Source: a virus (Duplodnaviria > Caudoviricetes). From it: a stretch of 52,621 nt of DNA. The position numbers and the translations under genes were made by a program. The stretch is taken from positions 1 through 52,621 of IMG/VR virus record IMGVR_UViG_3300025769_000167. One strand, given 5' to 3'. The notes below the pieces were generated by a model. It did no database searches. It saw only the letters and a list, made by a program, of their open reading frames with translations, and had not been told where the DNA came from. Each line of letters opens with the position of its first letter. Position 1 is the stretch's first letter. This document shows positions 1 to 8,275 of the stretch, piece by piece.

Positions 1-12
1 TATAAATTCCAT
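1..12 (-). CDS. 5' end (MEFI...) of small membrane protein, truncated by window edge; homolog of 42619..42756
   Basis: Minus strand reads TGTTATAAT-CGTTCCT-ATG GAA TTT ATA, matching TGTTATAAT-CCAAGA-ATG GAT TTT ATA at 42756. Confidence 0.6.
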
Positions 13-19
13 AGGAACG

Positions 20-28
20 ATTATAACA
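20..28 (-). promoter_or_regulatory. Extended -10 promoter (TGTTATAAT), 7 nt before ATG, leaderless type
   Basis: Consensus TGnTATAAT; same motif before the homologous gene in the second copy. Confidence 0.65.
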
Positions 29-34
29 GATTAT

Positions 35-337
35 TTATGCAGGTTTTGGATTGTCTGATTTAACTTTAGCTATGTGGTCTTTCCATGTGGTTGTACCATT
101 GACTGCATCTTTATATTGCATATCAAGTTGGTCGCCAATAGAACCATAAGCTTCTTGTCTTTTTTCTATGTAATCAAACTGTTGTTTATGCCATTTACTA
201 TTACCCAAATCAACCTTAGCTTGTGCATAATCAGCATCAGATAATTCTGACCTAACATTATTAACTTGTTTATATAAAGGTTTAGCAGCTTCTATTTCTG
301 CATTAGCTTCAGTTTGTAATTCTTCTTTTGTTGCCAT
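35..337 (-). CDS. Tail-fibre-associated protein (possible assembly chaperone)
   Basis: 100 aa; R..AYGSIGDQLDMQY...W...I..VK...PKP motif typical of small marine-phage tail-associated proteins; AGGAG SD. Confidence 0.55.
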   Translation of the reverse strand: MATKEELQTEANAEIEAAKPLYKQVNNVRSELSDADYAQAKVDLGNSKWHKQQFDYIEKRQEAYGSIGDQLDMQYKDAVNGTTTWKDHIAKVKSDNPKPA

Positions 338-357
338 ATCTCTCCTATGTTAGCATA

Positions 358-891
358 TTATTCTGATAATAGTTTATACAAAGTAAAAGTTCCACCACTT
401 ATTTGTGTAGCATCTCCACCTATTGCAATGCCATTATGTGCTTCTGCTACTGTATAAACAAATCCTCCAACATTTCCTGCAGGACTTGTATGAGAACTTT
501 CGTATGCAATATCCTGTACAGTAACATAACTAAACTCACTAGAGTTATTAAAATTATACAAATATAAAATGCAACTTGCATCTTCTCCTGTTGCGTTTCC
601 TACTGGTTGAGAACCTTGAAAATACATTTCAGCTCTATTTTCCTGGTTATAATTTTGCGGTGTTGTGTGTGCTCGTATAACATTAGCAGAAAAATCATAG
701 TTACTTGTTGTTTGTTTTGTTGTTGTACCACTAACATCTTTAGTAACTGTATATCTTAGGTAAGCAGTATCTACTGTGTGAGTTATTCCACTAGCTACAA
801 GCATATATACATCATCAGTATTTATACCATCTATTAACACATCAGTAGTGTTAGAAGAAATTGTTGTTGTGTTTACTTGTTCTAATCCCAT
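358..891 (-). CDS. Tail tip/fibre protein, paralog 3
   Basis: 177 aa beta-rich; ends GGTFTLYKL; paralogous to the two upstream ORFs; translationally coupled. Confidence 0.6.
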   Translation of the reverse strand: MGLEQVNTTTISSNTTDVLIDGINTDDVYMLVASGITHTVDTAYLRYTVTKDVSGTTTKQTTSNYDFSANVIRAHTTPQNYNQENRAEMYFQGSQPVGNATGEDASCILYLYNFNNSSEFSYVTVQDIAYESSHTSPAGNVGGFVYTVAEAHNGIAIGGDATQISGGTFTLYKLLSE

Positions 892-1406
892 TAACCTACC
901 TTCAATCCATAAACTGTTGCCTGTTCTAAACTAAAATTAGTTGAACCATCTATTAAAAAATTAACTCCTGTTATTGAAACTGCTTGATGTAAAGCTGCAA
1001 CACCTTTTCTACCAACTGTACCTAATGTACTTTGGGAACTATTTTCCCACATAGCAAAGGTATAAGTCGAACTTGAATGAGGATTAAAAACATAAATAAC
1101 AGTTCCATTACCTACTTGTAATGTATCATCATAAGAAACAGCATCTATTAAATCTCCAGTTTTACTACTTGTATTGCCAAAACCACTATAACCTCTAATA
1201 ATTTTTGAAGAGTGGTCATAATCACTATCAGCTACAACTCCTGAACCATCTATAAATCTCATATTTAAATTAGCACTTGCACCACCTGCATCATAATCAA
1301 CTAAAGTTATTTTATATACATCATAATCTGAACTAAAACAATTTGTTATTGAATGATTAGTACCTGAACTAAAAGTATTGTTACTAATTAATTGTAAGTT
1401 ACTCAT
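891..1406 (-). CDS. Tail tip/fibre protein, paralog 2
   Basis: 171 aa; YDVYKITL, IYVFNP and TVYGLK motifs shared with neighbours. Confidence 0.6.
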   Translation of the reverse strand: MSNLQLISNNTFSSGTNHSITNCFSSDYDVYKITLVDYDAGGASANLNMRFIDGSGVVADSDYDHSSKIIRGYSGFGNTSSKTGDLIDAVSYDDTLQVGNGTVIYVFNPHSSSTYTFAMWENSSQSTLGTVGRKGVAALHQAVSITGVNFLIDGSTNFSLEQATVYGLKVG

Positions 1407-1978
1407 GTTTTTTTAAGTCCATACAGGGTAAAAACCCCACTAGCAATATTGCTACCATTAGACATACAAATTCTTATTCCATCAACAGTTGCAGCTTGGT
1501 CATAAAGACCACCACCATAATTAGATTTATATTTTCCATTAACATTAATTGTTGTTGTTTGCATTGTAACAAAACTTTGTTTAGAACTGTCGTGTAAATT
1601 GTAAAAGTAAGCGTATCCATGACCTTTTTCATTTGTTGCGTTACCTTGATTTAAAGTAAAAAATATTTGATTTATATTAGTATCTCTACTGTCATCTGTT
1701 CCACCATCTGCAGAAAGAGTAAATATTGCTCTTTGATAATCACTGTCAGTATCGTATGTACCACCAACAGAAAATCTTATTGCAAACTGTTGGTCATCAG
1801 TAGCATTTTTAATATTGTGTGCTTGTAAAAAATGTACATCATATTCTGAACCTTTAATATTATCAAAATCTACTTCTGTAACATTACTTGTTATTGTTTG
1901 TTTTTCAATAATTTCTAATGCACCTGATGAAGCACCACCTGCTGTGATTAAAGCTCTGGCTACACCTAGTGGAGCCAT
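1403..1978 (-). CDS. Tail tip/fibre protein, paralog 1, with N-terminal docking motif
   Basis: 191 aa; MAPLGVARAL start; YDVHFL, YFYNL and GVFTLYGL motifs. Confidence 0.6.
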   Translation of the reverse strand: MAPLGVARALITAGGASSGALEIIEKQTITSNVTEVDFDNIKGSEYDVHFLQAHNIKNATDDQQFAIRFSVGGTYDTDSDYQRAIFTLSADGGTDDSRDTNINQIFFTLNQGNATNEKGHGYAYFYNLHDSSKQSFVTMQTTTINVNGKYKSNYGGGLYDQAATVDGIRICMSNGSNIASGVFTLYGLKKT

Positions 1979-2934
1979 TATGCAAACGCTAGTTGACTAA
2001 ATAAAAATGGTGTTGTACCTACAAATACAAATGTAAGTATATCTATAGATGCTGCTGCTGTTGATAATGTTAGTCCTGCACCACCGACAGTCTTTGCAGT
2101 AACATCACTACCACCATTAACGCTTACTGCATCTATGTCCATTGTTCTTGAACCTGTTCCATCTTGTGTTACTACTAAAGTAAATGTTGTTACTCCTGTT
2201 GCAGGTACATTTGTAAAATGCAAGTCATCAACTGCAGTAGCAATAGTTAAAGTACCTGTATTACCAAGTGCTAAATCTATTGCAAGGTCTGTTGCTGATG
2301 TAATAACTTGTGATGTTTCATTATAATCTTTTAATACTGCTGCTGATATTGTTTGGTCAGCACCTGTTACAGCACCTGATAAAGTAACAGCACCTAATGT
2401 TTTATTTGTTAGAGTAGCTGTTTCTGCATCAACATAGTTCTTAACTGCTGCTGTTGTAGGTATCTTTGATTCACTATCATTTGATGTAATAGTTTCTGTT
2501 TGTGTAATAATATCTGCAGGATTAATCATAGCGAAGTCTACTGCACCTGCAGCTATTGTTGTCGCTACATCTTGTGTAGCTGAAGCTAATGTACCTGTAA
2601 CATCTCCTGTTAAAGCTACATCATTTATTCTGTCATGTACATCTTCAAAGTGTTGCTTAACTACTGCGAGTCTAACCTTAGTACCTGATGCGTGTGTTGG
2701 ACCACTATTATCACCATCTAAATCTCTGTTAATAGTAGCAGCAGCGTGGTCTGTTCCTGTTGACCAAAAAACTATTTCTCTGCTGTCACTATCAGGGTCT
2801 ATTACAAAATATGCAGGGCTATCTACGCCTGGGTTATCTGCTAAATTCATTGTACCTGTTGGTCCGCCCGCACTTAACTGTGCAGCTAATGTAGTTTCAA
2901 AAGCGTTTACTATATTAGATTCTTGTGCTGTCAT
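1978..2934 (-). CDS. Tail fibre (proximal) protein, copy A
   Basis: 318 aa, Thr/Ala-rich; IPTTAAVKNYVD, TLTNKTL and QDGTGSRT fibre motifs; homolog at 44788..45747. Confidence 0.7.
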   Translation of the reverse strand: MTAQESNIVNAFETTLAAQLSAGGPTGTMNLADNPGVDSPAYFVIDPDSDSREIVFWSTGTDHAAATINRDLDGDNSGPTHASGTKVRLAVVKQHFEDVHDRINDVALTGDVTGTLASATQDVATTIAAGAVDFAMINPADIITQTETITSNDSESKIPTTAAVKNYVDAETATLTNKTLGAVTLSGAVTGADQTISAAVLKDYNETSQVITSATDLAIDLALGNTGTLTIATAVDDLHFTNVPATGVTTFTLVVTQDGTGSRTMDIDAVSVNGGSDVTAKTVGGAGLTLSTAAASIDILTFVFVGTTPFLFSQLAFA

Positions 2935-2958
2935 TCTTCTCCATTATATACTATTTTT

Positions 2959-4881
2959 TTATCCAAATCTCATTATTCCAAAACCATTTACTCCAGGTAC
3001 ATTACCTGATGTAACTTGGCTAAAGGTCTCTTGTCTTGTACCTCTGACAGTTAGTATAGCATATTGTGTGACGCTGCCAACATTTGGATTACTTTGTATT
3101 GGGTAGCTTATCTTTTCTACAACACCTCTAACTATCTCAGCAGGGTCATATAGTTCTAAAGTTATAGCAGCTCCTTCTTTTTCTTTTAAAGATTGATAAA
3201 TAGTTTCACCTAAATTCTTAACAAGGATTGGTTTTCTGTATGGTCTCTCTACTCTATCAGATATGTTTACTGGTATCTGTATAACTATAAGCTCTGGTCT
3301 TGCTAATGCTCTTACTTTAAATGCTTTAAACTTAGGAGAGTTAATTTGATTAGGAGATTTTAAAACAACTTTTGCTACAACATATCTTGCTACCCTTTGT
3401 AGCTGTACTGCTTCTTCACCTACTCCTGATAAAACGTTAACTTCTAAATCCCAAGTACTATCAGTACTATCGTTAATAGATTCGTACTTATTTGATAAAT
3501 GTAATTCTACAGTATTGCTATCTGATAACTCTTCCACCTCAAGACTTGCTTCTACAAACTGTTTATTTTCCGCAGTGAAGAAATCTGCAGGGGGTGCTAT
3601 AAGAAAACCTTCCTGTTCATATATAGATGTTTGGTTATATACACCATCTGAACTTACAGTAAACAAAAACTTTTCATTAAGACTTACTATATTATGCACA
3701 GCTCCACCTGCACTAGCTTTATAATACCTAGCTATACCTGATGTAGGTAGATAATATCTCCATAGAAAACTTGTACTAGCTGTTTCTTTTACACCTATGT
3801 AAACACTATCCCTAGTAGTAAACAAAGCGTTAGGTGAGTTATCTTGACTGTCTACGTCCCATTGTTTTATTAATTGATTTTGTGTCAAGATATATAAATC
3901 ATCTGCGACTGTTAGAGTTGCACGGTATAATCTTCCTATGACTTTAGTACCTGTCTGTACTTCTTTAGTTCCATAAAAGACTATACCCTGTGACTCTACT
4001 ATGCAAGTAGGTTGCTCTCCTGATATTTCTGTCTGCCCCTTAGCAGTAAATGTTCCAGCAACATCTTTGATTGAATAGATTCTACCATCAGTAGCAGTTG
4101 CTAATACTACAGCTCCTGCATCTGTTACATCTGTAAAGCTTTGTCCTGAAGGCAATGTTATTATTGCAGAGCCAACAGTTGTAGCTCCATCATAGGAATG
4201 TATTGAACTCCCTATAGTAACTAAGAACTGACCTTTTACTGAAAATATTTTATCATAAATAGCAGCAGACATTTTTTGAGTAGAGGTGCCACCACTTGTC
4301 AGTGTTTCTATTTCACCTGCTGAACCATTGTTAGCTGTTATATAAAGTAAGTCACCATGTGCAGCTAAACCTTTTATCTGATAACCTGCAGTTAAACCTT
4401 CAGTAACTGGACTCCAGTTAGCACCACCATCATCTGACTTGTATAATGTTACATCATCAGATACATATATCCTTGTACCTACTACTGTCATATGATTTAC
4501 AGCAGAAGATAATGCTTGACCTTTTTCTGTAGTGTGTAGTAACTGTACATTGTATCCCTTACCTAAGTCTGTATTAAAAACATCTACACCTTGGCTATCC
4601 CAGAATCTTCTTACATCATCTGGTTTACCATTAGCCTTATGTGCTGAGTCTAAGTTAGAACCACCACTAAAATCATTCCTAGAATATATACGTCCTAAGT
4701 TAGATGTAAAGTCTTCAGGGTTTTGTCTGACGTTAACTCCAGCATCCTGGACTTCTGATGACTGTATAGTCATCTCCCTACCACTACCTATAGCACTTCT
4801 ATATAATTGATTGTCTATACGAAAGTCATAACCTTTTCTTTTAGGGTTATTTTCTTCTGCTTGCGTAGTAAGTCTAGGCAT
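2959..4881 (-). CDS. Tail nozzle/tubular-B-like beta-propeller protein, copy A
   Basis: 640 aa beta-rich, BNR-like SDDGGANW box, sits after the adaptor; homolog at 45772..47694. Confidence 0.6.
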   Translation of the reverse strand: MPRLTTQAEENNPKRKGYDFRIDNQLYRSAIGSGREMTIQSSEVQDAGVNVRQNPEDFTSNLGRIYSRNDFSGGSNLDSAHKANGKPDDVRRFWDSQGVDVFNTDLGKGYNVQLLHTTEKGQALSSAVNHMTVVGTRIYVSDDVTLYKSDDGGANWSPVTEGLTAGYQIKGLAAHGDLLYITANNGSAGEIETLTSGGTSTQKMSAAIYDKIFSVKGQFLVTIGSSIHSYDGATTVGSAIITLPSGQSFTDVTDAGAVVLATATDGRIYSIKDVAGTFTAKGQTEISGEQPTCIVESQGIVFYGTKEVQTGTKVIGRLYRATLTVADDLYILTQNQLIKQWDVDSQDNSPNALFTTRDSVYIGVKETASTSFLWRYYLPTSGIARYYKASAGGAVHNIVSLNEKFLFTVSSDGVYNQTSIYEQEGFLIAPPADFFTAENKQFVEASLEVEELSDSNTVELHLSNKYESINDSTDSTWDLEVNVLSGVGEEAVQLQRVARYVVAKVVLKSPNQINSPKFKAFKVRALARPELIVIQIPVNISDRVERPYRKPILVKNLGETIYQSLKEKEGAAITLELYDPAEIVRGVVEKISYPIQSNPNVGSVTQYAILTVRGTRQETFSQVTSGNVPGVNGFGIMRFG

Positions 4882-5873
4882 TAACTGTATGCTATCTTAT
4901 TAACAGTTACTGGTTCAGGGTACCTAGCTCTTAAATCCTTTCGTGCTTGTGTTATCAAAGCAGTTTGGTACTGGAGTAAAGAGTTTCTTATTGTTGATGC
5001 AGAGTTAACAGGAAATGTATTTACACTCATTTGGTCTGTTATATAGTCTGCTGTAGCTGTTGGTATATCTCTACCTGATATTAGTTGAGCTGCTACTCCT
5101 GTCATAATAATAGGTTCGTACTCGTCCTCTAAACCTACTGTAGCTAGAGTATCATCTTCTTGTGTAGGAGTTACAAACTTCTTTTTAAATGTAACAAATA
5201 CAGTATGACCTGAAGCAACACTGTAAAACTGAATTGCTTTAACATTATCAGGACCATTGTTACTATAAGTAATTGTTTGAGAGGCACCGTCATCATCTGT
5301 GTATGTAAAAGGATTTGGTAAATCTATTAACTCACATGAAACACCAGAGAATACTGTACCTGTTTCATCTGAGCCTGCAGAAAAGTTTGTGTTTTGTGAT
5401 ATAGATTTAATTGGTGCTATCAAATGATTATCAGTAGAACCACTAAGAGGTACGTAACCTACCTTAGCTACTATTGATTTAGTTTCTACTGCAAATAAAG
5501 TTGGATATAAATTTTTAATCTGGTCACACACTGCATCAAAAACATTCTTACGTGGAAAGACAGGAGAAATTTTAATTACTTTATCTGCAACATGTATAGC
5601 TGCTGTAGTACCTAATACTCCTCTATCAACAGTTACTTTATTGTTTACAGTATCTAAAGATTTACACCTCATTAATTCTTGTTCACACTCAATGATAGTT
5701 CCTGCATCCATTGCATCTTCTTCTTCTTGTGTTAACAAATCTCCATTAAAAATTATTTCAGTTACTGATGCATTAACCTCAGTCTTTAATGTTGTGTAAG
5801 ATTGTAAATCATCCATAGGTTCTAAGTATTCCCTATAGACTCTATTAACTAAGTCACTTATTTTTTGACTCAT
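4881..5873 (-). CDS. Head-tail adaptor-like virion protein, copy A
   Basis: 330 aa; position after capsid genes; RGVLGTTAAIH motif; homolog at 47694..48698. Confidence 0.55.
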   Translation of the reverse strand: MSQKISDLVNRVYREYLEPMDDLQSYTTLKTEVNASVTEIIFNGDLLTQEEEDAMDAGTIIECEQELMRCKSLDTVNNKVTVDRGVLGTTAAIHVADKVIKISPVFPRKNVFDAVCDQIKNLYPTLFAVETKSIVAKVGYVPLSGSTDNHLIAPIKSISQNTNFSAGSDETGTVFSGVSCELIDLPNPFTYTDDDGASQTITYSNNGPDNVKAIQFYSVASGHTVFVTFKKKFVTPTQEDDTLATVGLEDEYEPIIMTGVAAQLISGRDIPTATADYITDQMSVNTFPVNSASTIRNSLLQYQTALITQARKDLRARYPEPVTVNKIAYS

Positions 5874-6058
5874 TACGCTGCTCCTTCTTCAACTAATGAT
5901 GTAGCAAAGATTGCTTGACCAAAGCTACCTAATGCAAACCATCCATCATTGGCTGTATTGTTTGGATTAACAATAGGGAACGAAGGTTCTAATGGTTGGT
6001 CAGGAATACTTTCTATATTAAGATTTCTTCCCTCTTTTAATATTAAGAGCATACTCAT
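5873..6058 (-). CDS. Small virion-module protein, copy A
   Basis: 61 aa; AGGAG SD; MSMLLILKEGR start shared with 48698..48892. Confidence 0.65.
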   Translation of the reverse strand: MSMLLILKEGRNLNIESIPDQPLEPSFPIVNPNNTANDGWFALGSFGQAIFATSLVEEGAA

Positions 6059-6067
6059 AAGTATCTC

Positions 6068-6397
6068 CTAACTGTGTCTAAAGTGTAATACTATTTCTCT
6101 ATCTGCTGCTTCGGTACCATTAGATGTAACTCTAATGTATCCATTGCTAGCAAAAGCCCAGCCACTAGGGTCTACTCTTACTACATCTCCTGCTGAAACA
6201 GTGTAACTTACTTCAGTACCATCTGTTTCTTTTACGTCTAACCATGTAGTATTGTCCATTGAAAAATCAAATGTGATTGCAGAACCTGTCATAGCTGCAG
6301 GAAACTGTACACCACAGAGAAGCATTCCATCTGTTTGTACACCTAAGCTGTCATTGTTATCTGCTGAAACATCTATTAAAGCTAATTTACTTATCAT
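6068..6397 (-). CDS. Virion protein (possible head decoration protein), copy A
   Basis: 109 aa beta-rich, directly after the capsid gene; near-identical homolog at 48901..49233. Confidence 0.6.
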   Translation of the reverse strand: MISKLALIDVSADNNDSLGVQTDGMLLCGVQFPAAMTGSAITFDFSMDNTTWLDVKETDGTEVSYTVSAGDVVRVDPSGWAFASNGYIRVTSNGTEAADREIVLHFRHS

Positions 6398-6415
6398 ATC
6401 TTCCTTACTATAGCA

Positions 6416-6453
6416 GAAGAAAAGAGTGGAGGTGGAGTTCCACTCTAATCTTC
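6416..6453 (-). terminator. Stem-loop after capsid gene (terminator/attenuator)
   Basis: GAAGA-TT-AGAGTGGA..TCCACTCT-TT-TCTTC; compensatory changes in copy B. Confidence 0.7.
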
Positions 6454-6462
6454 AATATTAAA

Positions 6463-7587
6463 TTATGCTACTGACTGAATCTTGCAGTGATATGAAGGAG
6501 GTCCGAACTCGAATCCCATCTCCATATAAATTGCTTTACCAATTCTAGCGTTGGCATCTTGGTCTATGTCACGAACAAACATTGTTCCATATCCTGGGAT
6601 ATTTGTAAACACTGTTTGAATGTAAGCTAAGTCCAAGATAAAAGCAGAACCTGCAGGCATGATATCAGGGTCAATAACCATTAGTCCTATTGAACCAAAT
6701 GGTGTAATGATTGTATCGATATCGACACCAGCAACATTTCTATCTCTAGGAATAATTGTTCCTGCTATGTCAACTGTACCTTTAACAAGTTCATTGTTAA
6801 GGTCTAGTAATTGCTTTGGACTCACGCAGAGTACTGGTTGAGACATTGGTGCATGGTTGTCATACATTCTCTTTAAAGCACCTGAAATGGTTTTAAAGGA
6901 TATGACTTGTGATGCTCCAGTTCCGTCACCATCTACGTCATTGTAGTAACAGTTACCACCTAATGGGTTAACTGCTGCAGCATTGTTGGCGTTCTTGTTT
7001 ATGGTAATCCATACATCAAGACCATACATTTCTCTAGTTCCTGAACCAGGTGATGTGTTTGCACCATCTGAGAAAGAACCATTGAATGCAAACCACTCAA
7101 CTTCTCTTGCTACTTTTTCCATTGCTTTTTCCATTTGGAAAGCAAATTCGTCTGCCACTGGGCTACCACCAAAAAGAGCCAATTTATCACCAGCTGTGTT
7201 GCCACCTGTTCCATTGGAAAAGTTTGCAGCGTTTGCTGATAGGTCGAAAGGATTTTGGTTTTGGGTAGATGCCAAAGCGGTATATGTCATTTGTACACCC
7301 TTGTGGAAAATCTGAGTTACATATGTGTATGCAGCTCTATCTCTTCCAAGATATTCTGTTGGTGCATTACCTTCTTGTGCCTTAGTTGGTTCTGAAGAAA
7401 CGGTTGCATTATCTTCTACTTGGACTTGCCAAAATGTAGAGTTCAATACTTTACCGCCATTCAAACCACCAACTGCACTAAGCAAAGGTGTTCTTTGACC
7501 ACCGACTTTAAACAATTCACCAGTGAAGTTATTAATCTGTTGGGCATAAATAGGTGCTGTTGCACTTAATCCACTTATACTTGCCAT
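6463..7587 (-). CDS. Major capsid protein (SU10/DUF5309-like, HK97 fold), copy A
   Basis: 374 aa; TPLLS, TQIFHKGVQMTYTA and TPFGSI motifs; follows scaffold gene. Confidence 0.8.
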   Translation of the reverse strand: MASISGLSATAPIYAQQINNFTGELFKVGGQRTPLLSAVGGLNGGKVLNSTFWQVQVEDNATVSSEPTKAQEGNAPTEYLGRDRAAYTYVTQIFHKGVQMTYTALASTQNQNPFDLSANAANFSNGTGGNTAGDKLALFGGSPVADEFAFQMEKAMEKVAREVEWFAFNGSFSDGANTSPGSGTREMYGLDVWITINKNANNAAAVNPLGGNCYYNDVDGDGTGASQVISFKTISGALKRMYDNHAPMSQPVLCVSPKQLLDLNNELVKGTVDIAGTIIPRDRNVAGVDIDTIITPFGSIGLMVIDPDIMPAGSAFILDLAYIQTVFTNIPGYGTMFVRDIDQDANARIGKAIYMEMGFEFGPPSYHCKIQSVA

Positions 7588-7612
7588 TGTTATCTTCTCC
7601 TATTATAAATTA

Positions 7613-8080
7613 TTACTTGTCTTCTTTAAGAGTTTCCATCATACGCAACTTAGCGTTAATAGAATCTCCTACTTTTGTGTTGGAATCTGTTACAAATTTC
7701 ATAAACTCATCTCCTATGTTTTGTGGATTTGAATTTACACCAAGTTTATTGAGCTGCTCTACACGTGATTGAGCTTCTACTACATTAGAAGTAAGGTTGT
7801 TGCTAGGCTGTTCAGAACTACTAACTTCTCCAAACTCTTGAGCAACAAAGTCTTTGACTCCATCAACAGTAACATCACCTTCATAGAGTTTTACCACAGC
7901 TTTACCTATGCCCTTCTCTGCATTAAGTCCTAATGAACTTAACGCTGAGTTCATAGCATCGGCTTTAAACTGTCTGTTTTCAGCTTTAAGCTTTTTAAAC
8001 TCTTCTCTAAGTTGTTTGATATTATCTGTTGGTTCGTCCACTATTGTAGTTTCCTCAACTTGTTCTGTATTTTTTTCCAT
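7613..8080 (-). CDS. Capsid scaffolding protein, copy A (start re-assigned to MEKNTE, 155 aa)
   Basis: GGAG SD before ATG at 8080; acidic N-terminus plus coiled coil; directly upstream of MCP; start aligns with copy B. Confidence 0.7.
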   Translation of the reverse strand: MEKNTEQVEETTIVDEPTDNIKQLREEFKKLKAENRQFKADAMNSALSSLGLNAEKGIGKAVVKLYEGDVTVDGVKDFVAQEFGEVSSSEQPSNNLTSNVVEAQSRVEQLNKLGVNSNPQNIGDEFMKFVTDSNTKVGDSINAKLRMMETLKEDK

Positions 8081-8240
8081 ATTTTTTCTCCATCTTTTCT
8101 CTAGCATATTAAATTCCATAACATTAATCGCTAGGTAATTAAAAGGAATTTTCACAAGGGTTTGCGAATAACACATAACGCACCTCGGCAGCGTTATCGA
8201 ATTGTGTGTGACCCTATTCTAAGCGGAACTCACCACGCTA
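8081..8240 (-). ncRNA. Structured cis-regulatory RNA leader of scaffold/capsid operon, copy A
   Basis: Several stems covary with the copy B leader; loop CTAGC can pair with downstream GCTAG (pseudoknot). Confidence 0.6.
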
Positions 8241-8247
8241 CTATATA

Positions 8248-8275
8248 TAGTACTACTCTTTAATACTCTGTCAAG
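8248..8275 (-). promoter_or_regulatory. Sigma70-like promoter TTGACA-16-TACTAT for capsid operon
   Basis: TTGACA lies in the last codons of the upstream gene and is conserved in copy B. Confidence 0.5.

Noticed and set aside
8081-8176. N-terminal extension of scaffold ORF (MCYSQ..., and MLWDY... at 50917-50961)
   Set aside because: Reading frames are not conserved between copies, whereas the SD-ATG and RNA structure are.
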